A program made the translations under genes and the position numbers. Under the pieces are notes generated by a model. That model had not been told where the DNA came from and searched no databases. It saw only the letters and a program-made list of their open reading frames with translations. Below are positions 53,440 to 64,000 of a stretch of 64,000 nt of DNA, piece by piece. This DNA is from Xylographa opegraphella. Taxonomy: Eukaryota. Within the stretch, counting starts at the first letter, position 1; the number at the start of each line of letters is the position of its first letter. The stretch covers positions 1-64,000 of the forward strand of contig JALDZX010000076.1 of NCBI GenBank assembly GCA_022813865.1, given 5' to 3'.

Positions 53440-54696
53440 TGCAAATGCAATAGGGAATCCTCTATCTATCGAGTCTTGACGACAGCGTCGCACAGGAGGC
53501 AATGATTGTACTACTTGATCGGACGGCCCCTCAGTTATCCAGGTCGAATTGCCGGCCTCTCTCGGGAATGCTTCCGGCGTCAAGGTCGTTGTCGATTGAG
53601 GATAAAACAGAGAAGTCCTTGGTGCAGGGGAGGCCCCAGACTAGGACTAGACGGAGATCGCCGCTCAGGGATAAGTGCTGCTTCGGGCTCATGATCGGAC
53701 GCTGACGTAGCCAATGACATTCATTCTATTCGAATGTTTTCCGCCATGCTCCTGCCGCGCTCGTCGGGATTGGATTGCACAAAGCAGCGGACTTCTCATA
53801 TCGTACTTATGCTACCTGGCGGCGTCGTGATGATGACTGATAGAGATGAATGCCCAATTCGTTCCAACTTAGCAAGTGCACTGCCGCGCACATCTGTAGG
53901 CCGCAACCACCTCCATGTTATCGTTTGTATCGCTTTCATGGACTATGCAGCATGATACACGATTGTGCCATCGCTTTGCCTTGCTGTCGATCTTGACAGA
54001 ATCTCCGGCCGTGGTCCCGCATTTCCGATTACGAGTACGGATGATGGACGGAGGATGGAGTTAACCTTCAACAAGGCCGGCAGCTACCTCAAGCGGCCCC
54101 CAATCGGCCGTGATTTTGCACCCCAACACAACATCAGAACAACGATAATCCGCAGACGACAACGGATGCGAACTGAGATTAGATAATACACTTGACCAAT
54201 CGAGTATAGCATCGTCGAAATCACGAGGCAACGATAGCTTGAAGAAGCCTAGCGGTCTTCCGGCATCCGCTGTGCACCTCCCGCCGCACCCCCCTCCCCC
54301 CCCCCAGGCTCAAGGAATTCCCCCAATTCTCCAGAAAGCACAACTCCATCGCTGTTTCAGCCCCCCCCAACTCGCTGTTCGGCCACATAGGCATCCTGTT
54401 TATCGCACACAGAGCGTCGCTCGTCGAAAGCGCATCTCTAGACCATCCCGTCGTGGTGGTGGAAAACTATTCGCTATCGGAACTGACCTTGCGCCCGGGC
54501 CCCATTCAACATCCACAAGCCCCATTCTTCATTCGGTCTTGTCAGCTAGCCCCCCCCCAGCTTGGAAAACACCTTCTCCGCTTTCACAACGACACATCAA
54601 GGAATGAGCAGGAAGGCGGCATAGCAGCATTGGATCTGACGGCGCTTTGGTGATCCGCATCCTCGCCTCGAGGCTCAACTTGCACATCCCAAGTAA

Positions 54697-56888
54697 ATGG
54701 ATGGAAGTCAGAATGGCGGCGCCGTGGGCGTGAACAATTCGAGTGATTTTGTATGTCGCATGCTGGATCGATAGTCTGTCATGGTCATTCGCTGACGCCG
54801 ACTTAGGTGCGGAAGTTGTACAAGTACGGGGCTCCGAAATCCAGTGGAGACGTTGGGCGGGATCTTGCATGAGTGCGCGATGCTGACGTACAGCATAGGA
54901 TGCTCGAGGATCCATCGTATGCATCGGTCGTCCGCTGGGGCGACGAGATGGATAGCTTCGTAGTACTCGAAGTAAGTACCCTGTCCGGCATTTTGTCAGC
55001 GAACTTTCAGCTGAATTGCGGTGCAGAACGAACGATTCACCAAGTCCATACTCCCTAAGCATTTCAAGCATAGCAATTTCGCAAGCTTTGTCCGACAACT
55101 GAACAAATACGACTTCCATAAAGTCAGACATAACAATGAAGATAATGTGGTGTCGCCTTACGGACCGGGGGTAAGTTCGTGGTCAGAGACGCTATGAAGC
55201 GAAATAGCTGATGGAAGCAGGCATGGGAATTCAGGCACCCTGAATTCAAAGCAAATAACAAAGATGCCTTGGACAACATCCGAAGGAAAGCCCCGGCACC
55301 TCGAAAGCCTACCCAAATATTAGACGAAGCTTTGCCCACACAGCAGATGGACTTGGTCAATACCCAACTCGTAGCAACCCAACAACAACTTCAGCAGCTT
55401 CAGGAACGATATAATGAACTGAGCATGCATCATTCCTTGCTCCTGCAAGAGCTGATTGGGGTGCAGAAGACCGTGGTCAACCACGAACATGTAATGCAGA
55501 ACGTTATGAATTTCTTGCACTCGGTTGATGCGAGGCAACGGCGAGATAGCAGAATTGGCGTACCGTTCCCTCAGGCCGGAACGAATGGCGCGGCCGCGAA
55601 CGCTGGGGAACCGTCATTGGCTCCGTTGGACGATGAGCCCGCTTCGCCGTTGGCCAACGCATCGAAGCTTCTGAACGATCTCAACGCGGATGTCCAGCTT
55701 AACTATAGGAATCTTGAACACATGAACGAGTTGCACAATCGCGCCATCAACATGTCAACACCTCCGCCGGACTCGGCAGGAAGGGCTGCAAGAGCACTCA
55801 CCTCGGGAGGCTCAAGTGGCTCCATGGGTTATGCAAAATTGAATGGAGACCTGGACAATGTTGTGTATCCAGTTGGACAAACCAACGGTATCGACCCCAT
55901 GTACAGTGAGCATGTCCATAATATTCCGTATCCGATGCCGTCCGAGAAACCCAACCCCAATGACCCTCGAAATCACTATAACGATAGTCGTAAGAAGAGC
56001 ACTCAGGTAGATCCCGGGTGGGTACGGGCGCCGCAGATTTTGTTGGTGGAAGACGACCCGACGTGTAGGAGGATAGGGAGCAAGTTCCTATACTCGTTCC
56101 ACTGCGCCATCGATAGTGCTGTAAGTTGTGCTCCCTTTGCATGCAGTTCCAAGCTGATGCTGCGTAGTTTGATGGGCTCGAAGCTGTCAATAAGATGAAT
56201 GCGGGCTCCAAGTATGACTTGGTGTTGATGGATATCATCATGCCCAACCTTGACGGGGTTTCTGCCTGTCACTTGATCCGTCAGTTTGATGCAACACCAA
56301 TCATTGCGATGACATCGAACATCCGGAGTGACGATATCTCCATGTATTTCCAGCACGGTAAGATCCCGTCATGCAGCTTCGGGCGCCGAAAGCTAAACCA
56401 TCGTAGGCATGAACGATGTTTTGCCCAAACCGTTCACCAAGGAAGGCTTGCTGAACATGCTTGAGAAACATCTCAGTCATCTGAAGAAGATGCCGGACGG
56501 GATTGACATGGTGCCAAACACGGCATCGACCATAACCCATAGCTCGAACGCACAATCCGTCAAAGATGAGAGCTCGCCGGGTCAATCGCCTTCGACAATC
56601 TCCAATTGGAATTCGCCGAGTCAATTTTCCGGTATATCTCCAACCGGCTCGAACCAATTTATGCAACCGGTTCATACGCCCACCGCATACGGAATCGATC
56701 ACAACGGCATGCAGTTTCCGCCGCCCCAGACACCCCTCGGAGCACCTCCTCGACCAGCCAATCACCGGCGGCAGATCTCGGAGATGAGTGGTGGAATTGA
56801 CGAGGTTGCGAATGACCCCAAAAGACCCCGGATCTATGCACAGACGAACGCAGCAATCAACACGATGCGCAGAGGTCCGGCAGGATGA
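54697..56888 (+). CDS. SKN7: Stress response regulator with HSF DNA-binding and receiver domains (Skn7/SrrA/Prr1)
   Basis: Motifs SDFVRKLYKMLED and [20 protein letters not shown], a coiled coil, and receiver motifs LLVEDD / LMDI / MTS / KPF. Confidence 0.95.
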
Positions 56889-57774
56889 CCTGAAGCCGCT
56901 GCCATTCGGTCCCTCGGCAACACCCGCTCATGGGAGGAGAACAGGCAGGCATATTGCATGCACGGATTCGCCGCCACGAAGTACACAGCCAAGAAGTGAG
57001 GTCAAGGGCAGGCTGTGATCACCTTAGTGATACTCACTATGTATTAGCCTGCATCCAAGTAGCGGCGCAAGGGGAGGGTGGTCGCATGATTTGGCGCATG
57101 GCGCGTTATATGGATGACTATAGTTCACGACGCCGGCTTCGGTTTGAGCCCATCATGCGGCTATACGGCGATTGATAACCGTATATACCGCACACAGCCG
57201 GGACCATAGGACGGCTTAGCAATTTCTATGAGAAAGCTATTCAATGTACAGCAAGTATTTTGGTGATCAGATTCCATGTGTTTGGCAATATGAGAGTTTG
57301 AGCGAGTCGTGGTTTGCCAAGGTAGTAGTCGTTTGATTTTGGGTACTGACCACGCCTTTACGACGTGAATTCCTTCGGAAGCACAATAAGAACAATGCAA
57401 GTGGGGATTCCATCGCTCTTATGCTCCGGTGAAGACCCCGTCCGGCCACGGAAATCTAGGCCAGCATCCATGTCCCGAGCGTGTGGTCGGCCGCCAGATC
57501 CAGGCCCTCCGCTTTCGCTTGGCAGCGAGAGAATCCGCGATGTTTACCTGCCTCGCCTGCGTTGCCCGCCCCCAACCGTTACGCTAGAGCCTCGAAGCTC
57601 CACTAGCTCGAGAGGTGTCAAGGGGGAAAGCTGTAGGGCTACAGGGGGCAGTTCAGCTAAAGCCCCACTGAACCGGCCAAGCACACCCCCCCCCCCCCAT
57701 CCCTTCGCCGAAAGCAGAGCCGCCCACTATTACTATTTTCTGCGTCATCCAGAGTCTGCCTTGAACAGCTCACA

Positions 57775-60019
57775 ATGGCACCAAGAACTGCAAAGGGCAA
57801 TGCGGCAAAGCAGAAGCCGAAAGAAGAGCAAAGAGAAGATACCTTGCAAGCGGTGGTCAGTTCGGAGACTCTTGCCTTTACAGTGCTTGCCCGACTGATT
57901 TGATCTGGCGTAGGTTCTGACGGATTCGTACGAGCGCAGATTTACACCATTTTCTCTGGAGCGGCCTCGGGTATGAACTGAAGCGATTGAGTGTTTGGCT
58001 TGTCATGGAGTGCTCTGGATGCTTACGGTTGTACACAGTGTCTCCTCCCCCTCGCAAACACCCCATTGATCGAATATACCCTCGAGTTTCTCGCCAATGC
58101 CGGTGTGGAGGATATATTCATCTATTGCGGCGCTCATACCGAGCAGGTTGAACAATATATAAAGTATGTGGTGTGACTATCGGAAGGGATATTTGAGTCT
58201 CCATTACTTATGATATCCCAGTTCTTCAAAATGGAAGCTCCCTACCTCTCCCTTCCATACTCTCACCCTTCTCAAATCGACCGCTACCTCTGTTGGCGAT
58301 GCTATGCGCGATCTGGACAAGAGAGATTTGATATCTGGCGACTTTCTTCTCGTCTCCGGGGACGTTGTCTCCAATCTTGCTATCGAACCTGCTCTGGCGA
58401 AACATCGCAGTCGTCGGGAGAAAGACAAGAACGCCATAATGACCATGGTTCTGCGCGAGGCAGGGTCAGAGCACCGGACCAAAAGTCGAGGGAGAAAACC
58501 AATTTTTATTATAGACCCGAGAAAGGAGCGGTGCTTACATTACGAGGAAATGACTCGAAGGCCTGGCCGAGGGCGGTATGTTAATATCGATCCGGAACTA
58601 CTCAGCACGCACGGAGAGATTGAGGTCAGAGAAGACTTGATTGATTGCTACGTGGATATCTGTACACCAGATATTTTAGGGCTATGGAGTGACAATTTTG
58701 ACTATCAGACCGTCCGGAAGAGCTTTCTATTCGGCGTTCTCAAAGATTACGAACTGAACGGGAAAACGATACATACGTACATCGTACGCGATCAGTACGC
58801 AGCAAGAGTGAGGAGTTTACGAGCATACGATGCAGTGAGCAAGGACATCATAAGTCGATGGACCTATCCGCTGTGCCCAGATAGCAATCTGGTGAAAGAT
58901 CAGACTTATCGCTTGGAAAGAGGCAAGACCTATTTTGAGGACGGGGTGGTTCTGGCTCGAGGTAGCGTGGTCAAATGCAAAAGCATTGTAGGCAAAAACA
59001 CGAGCATTGGGGAGGGGAGCACTGTGGGTGATAGCGTTTTGGGGCGACAATGTCACATTGGCAACAACGTGATAGTTGAGGGCTCTTACATCTGGGACGA
59101 CGCCGTCGTTGGTGACGGATCGGTCATCAAGCAGGCGGTCATTGCGAACGAAGCAGTCATAGGCCGTAACTGTACCATCGAGCCCGGAGCTCTGATCTCT
59201 TATCGAGTCCGTATAGCGGACAATACCACCGTCTCGGGAGACAGTCGACTCACAACCGCTAGTCCACCAAACACCGACACGAGCACGCAAACCGACACCA
59301 ACCTCGTCGGCAAAGGCGGCGAAGGCTACGGCTACACCTCCGACTCCGACGCCGACTCCGACAACAGCGACGACTCAGCCCACCTCATCTACAAGCACCC
59401 CTCCGCCACCTCCTCCGCCTCGTCCGTGTCCACGATCCACCCCGACGACGACACGGGGCCGATGTACGTGCGCGACAGCTCGCGGCGCGAATCCTTCATC
59501 TCCGACCACTCGGACGAGTCCACGGCGCAGAACCGCGACTTCCACGTCGAAGCCACGGCCTCGATCCTCGACGGCCTCTCCAAGGGCGACTCGCCCGACG
59601 TCATCCACCTCGAGCTCCTCAGCCAACGGCTCTCCGCCAACGCCGACGACCACATGATGCGCGCGGCGCTCGTGGCCGCGTTCATGAAGCGCATCTCCAA
59701 CATGACGGACGCCGGCGCCGGCGCCTCCGAGGCCGTCAAGGCCGTCTTCGGCACGTACGGCGATCTGCTCGCCAAGATGGGCATCGCCGACAAGGCGGCG
59801 GAGGAGAAGGCCGATCAGGTCGATTTCTTGGCCCTGGTGGAGCGCGAGTGCGTGGGCAGGGCCAAGGGCGAGAGCTTGCTGCTCTTCGTGGCCAAGGAGT
59901 GCTACGTCCTCGACGTCGTGGAGGCGGAGGGCGTCGAGCAGTGGTGGGTGGCGGGCGCGGGCGCGGACGAGGGCGTGAGGCGGCTGGTGAAGGATTTCGT
60001 CGAGTGGTTGCGCACGGCC

Positions 60020-60052
<33 letters not shown>

Positions 60053-60100
60053 GAGGGGAGTGAAGAGGAGGGGAGTGAAGAGGAGGAGGAGGAGGAGTGA
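57775..60100 (+). CDS. GCD6: Translation initiation factor eIF2B subunit epsilon
   Basis: Motifs LQAVVLTDSY..RF.PF and CLLPLANTPLIEYTLEFL, hexapeptide repeats, a W2 domain, and an acidic tail. Confidence 0.95.
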
Positions 60101-60351
60101 GCGCGCTGGCTGGGAGGGAGAGATGGTGCGGGTGCGTTGTTGGGGGGTCTGTAGGCTGCGGGGTTGGGTTGTAGCGTATCTCGCTAAACGGAGAAAAGAA
60201 AAATATGTAGATGTCTGGGAAACGTGTAGATGAGATGCGGCGTCTGCATCGTGCTGCGTGCTTTGCCTCCGTTCGATATCCACACCAACCGAACAGCACG
60301 CTATGCTCCAACCACATATACACCCCCTTCCCCTTCCCCTTCCCCTTCCCT

Positions 60352-60921
60352 TCACCTCACCCCCTCCCTACACCCCCCCCCCTCCACCCCCCTCTCCCCA
60401 CCCACCATCCGCCTCCCCTCCCCCGCCGCTTGCACCCTCTCCCCCGCCGCTTGCACTCTCTCCCCCACCCTCTCCCCCACCCTCTCCCCCACCCCCTCCC
60501 CCCCCCTCCTCCTCCCCTCCCTCTCCTCCCGCGTCAACACCCTCCCCCTCTCCGCAATCTCCTCCCTCGCCGGCGCCACAATGGCCGTAACGACATGCCT
60601 GATAAGCCGCGAATGCCGCTCCGGCGCCATGCGGATGATATCCCCCGTGCGCAGCGCCGCCGTCGGGTCGCTGACGAGGTGGTGGCGGGAGATGGTGAAG
60701 TGCTAAAAGGCGGGGGGTGAGTGGGTTTGTTGGTTGGTGGGTGGGGGGACGAAGGGGGGGGGGAAAGGGGAGGGGGAGGGGGGGAAGGGGGAAAGAGCAC
60801 GTACTTTCTGGATACGCGCATTGTAGATCTGTTTCGTCGTCCGCACTTTGGCCGCGTTCATCATGCGGCCGGCGGAGATGACGACGGCGGTGATGTCGGC
60901 GAGGAGGGGGGTAGGGTGCAT
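60352..60921 (-). CDS. MRPS17: Mitochondrial ribosomal protein uS17m
   Basis: Exon 1 VVISAGRM..AAKVR..QIYN.RIQK, intron 60703-60804, and exon 2 HF...HLVSDP...LRTGDII...RHSRLIRHVVTAIVAP together match the S17 OB-fold pattern. Confidence 0.75.
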
Positions 60922-61792
60922 GCTTGCTTTTGATTGTGTTGTGTCGGGGTTGGGTGAGGAGAAGTGGTAGTGGTGAAGGAGGATATTAACCCCCCTCGTA
61001 CGCGCGTGAGTCGTGGGATGGTAGCTGGCCGGTGTGAATGCAGCTGCTGATGGCGAGCGCGCAGAAGGCCTGGCGAACTGGCGGGGGCAAGTGCGCTCTT
61101 GTGTGTTCTGGCCGACAGGGTTGTTGTTGTCGTCGTCGTCGTTGCTGGCTCGTGAGCAGATGGATGGATGGATAGATGGAGGTTGGGTTTGGAAGCCGTG
61201 GATGTTTTTGCCGTGCATTGGTGCGGGTGCGGTGCATAAGGGTTTTTTATGCGTCTTGGCATGCATGGGTGGGCAGGGATGCTAGGGCTGAGAACGAGAT
61301 CGGACCGATGCTGCCATACGGAGATACAATAGGTATTGAAATGGAACGCTCCAGCCCAACGTGATAGACGGTCGGGAATCTCGACTGTATAGAAGCCTGC
61401 TACGATGTCAATCTGCAAACTAGCCTGCCTTTTTGACTTTGATGGCTTTGCACATCAGAATGCTACAGCCCAAGCCCTCGAAGGAACGCTGGCTTGATTC
61501 CCCGACACGAATACTTTACTGAAGCATCTGAACATAGCCAGGAAGCTCCAGTGACCACGATACCAAGCCCCCACTGCACATGATGACTTCCACAGGAACT
61601 TGAGACGATCGACTCCATTAATTACCACGACACAAACGTAAACCTACTAAAACACAGCCAAGAAGGTAAAACTAACCCCATCCCCTGTCATTTTCCACCA
61701 TAATAAAATACCCGTGCCTTGCCCGCGCCTTGCCAACCCCATTATTCTCCGTAGCATTACCGAGGTAACAAGCTCGGCCTTCTCCACGCTTT

Positions 61793-64000
61793 TCAGTAAA
61801 TAATCTGAGGCTTCCCATGCTTCGCCGTCCCATTCCCAAGCCCATTATGCCCGCCCGTCTTCCCCGACAGCGGACTCTTGCTCGGCAACCCATCCTCCCC
61901 CGCATGTGCCTCATGCTCCTCGTTATCCCCATGCAGAAGCCGATAAATGGACGCCATGCCCCAGTTGCTCACGGCCCTCATGGCGCCGACCCCCGGCCGT
62001 CGCGGTACGCCGTGGTACACGACCTCGCCCTGCTTGGTGATGTTCTCCGGGTCCACAAACTCCCATCGCTGCGGCGCGACGAACAAGCCCTTGGAGCCTG
62101 GCTTGTCCTCCTTGTTCCACTTCTCGATCGGCTGCGCGGCTTCGAAGTGCTTGTTGCCTTTGTACTCGCGCATGTTGAGGAGACGATCGACGATGCTCTT
62201 GTAGACAGCTTCGCTCTTGTCCCAGCCCCTAAGGCGCTGGTAGCTGTACTTGAGCAGGTCGAGGTGCCGCCGGGCGACTTGCGGGGTCACGGTGTCGATG
62301 GTCCTGTCGTCGTCATCGTCGCCTTCGACGATGAGGCGGAGGATGTCCTCGTGCACACCCATCGCTTCCCGGTAGTGGCCTACGGTCGAGTAAATCTGTG
62401 AGAGAAGCTCGAACATCTCGAGGGCTAGTGGATCGAGTGAGCCTTTGACGCGCCGGAGGTTGTAACAGATATCCTCGCACAGAGGGATTATATCCGACCC
62501 TTTCTGCAATTTGCAGTCGTTGGCTAGGAAGCGAGCCTGCACGTAGCGTTTGCCGATTGCGATTATGTCTTCCGAAGTCCAGCGTTTCTGAACTTCTCGA
62601 GACGACCATAACTCGTTGAGTAGCCACTATAGCATCACACGTTAGCAAACCCCTCTTGCGCATATGCGGGAGCGGCAAACTTACCTGAAGGTCAGTATAA
62701 TTTTGTTGTTCACCTAACAGACCCACGAGGTCGTTGAGCTCGCCCAGCTGCATCCGGACGAACTTAATGTTCGACTCTTTGCAGGCAGTGAGGATCTCGC
62801 GGATTATCGTTAGTGACAGATCCAGCATCTGTTTGTGAAGTTTAGGCTCGATGGCTTTCTTTAGTGGTTGCCCTAGATTGCGTCCGGCCATGTAGGCCGA
62901 AAGTTTGAAGCCATGGCCGACGTTCTGTAGGTGGTGATAAGCACGCTTGTGGTGGATGAAGCGGAATGCACAGTACGCCACTTCGTAAGCCTCTTGGTGC
63001 TTGTCTTCGCGAAGAAGGCGCAAGACTTCGGTGTTGCTTGATATGCATGCGACGTCCCCAATCTCGATATCCCGCCTCACTCGTCCAATCTCCACGAGTA
63101 AGCTCACAACAAAGAGCGAGGTGATCTCCACCCTCGTTTGGATTATCGACTCAAACTTCTTCACGAAAATCTTCATTATCTCTTCGTCAAGCGATGCGAT
63201 TTGATCCGTACGGTGATGAATGACCAGGAATGCACGGAGACGAGCGCTGTGGGTTATGATTACTTCAATGCTGGCTTGCGATTTTATACATCGAGTGTAC
63301 GACTCGTAGAGGGTTGCTTCGTTCAAGAGGCCGGCCATGATCTCGCTGTAGCTGATTGTGAGCGTACCGCGGAGTATTTCCTCAAAGGTTACCAGGTACA
63401 CAAAAGCGACTCTGCCAACAGGCTTATCGAACTTGATGACCAGGCTGCTTCCCGATTTGCTTGTGCCGGTGATGATCCGCCTCCGAATCTCGACGAGAAT
63501 CTCCTGGCCATAGTTACCAAGTTCGCAGAGGACAAAGATCGAGCCCATGATTTTGGCGGCTTCGTGCAGAGTTCTGGAGTGCTTTTCCTTTGAGATGATC
63601 TCAAGTGTTGTCTGAAGAAGCATATTCATGATTATCTTATGAGACTCCTGAGTTTTCAGCTTACTGTATAAGATAACAAGCTCACGAAGGACGGTAAGGG
63701 TTTCAACCCTGGCGCAGCCCAAGGTAATTTTGAGATACTCGAACCGTTCGACAAGTACCTTGATGGCCCTTTCGATGATCGTCGTCGAAGTAGAGCCATG
63801 AGAGCACACCACAATGTATGCTTTTGTGAGACTCTCTTTGATAGTCGTCGTGGTCGTTGTGGAGACTGTAGTTGTCGTCGTCGTAGTTGACGTAGTCGTC
63901 GTTGTCTTGGTCAATACCTTCGCAAGTTAGCCCAAATTACGGGATCTGAGTTTGTGAACGCCTACCTCTTCATATGTCGATATCGCTTCGTGGTAGTATT
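61793..64000 (-). CDS. 3' part of a large alpha-helical-repeat protein with a poly-Thr tract (resembles the C-terminus of fungal NACHT-domain proteins); 5' end is outside the window
   Basis: Long ORFs joined by an intron near 62630-62684. TPR-like segments (YHEAISTYEE, GHYREAMGVHEDIL). The NACHT domain itself is not visible. Confidence 0.65.

Noticed and set aside
1..64000. tRNA, rRNA or transposase genes
   Set aside because: I recognised no cloverleaf, rRNA or transposase/RT motifs by eye. A covariance-model scan would be needed to exclude them.

Overview
Intron-rich genomic DNA from a filamentous ascomycete (Pezizomycotina; short introns of about 50-60 nt with CTRAC branch points), with two N gaps. 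It holds about 24 protein-coding loci. Most are recognisable housekeeping genes: Ariadne RBR ligase, Inp1, usgS-fmdS, Jid1, LACTB2-like, OSBP, CP2/Grainyhead TF, Cmr1, spastin-like AAA ATPase, Mrs3/4, Atg9, Cog6, Nif3, BolA, Prx5, Skn7, eIF2B-epsilon, uS17m and the 3' end of a large helical-repeat protein. Three things stand out. (1) A full-length dim-2 DNA methyltransferase broken by three in-frame stops. (2) A 33-36 kb orphan island containing an intronless repeat protein with two tandem PP1-docking-like modules and a hidden ~80-aa multi-exon ORF. (3) Repeated GC-rich islands that are always C-rich on the left and G-rich on the right, and that override codon usage. All gene calls come from recognising motifs by eye; no database searches were run.
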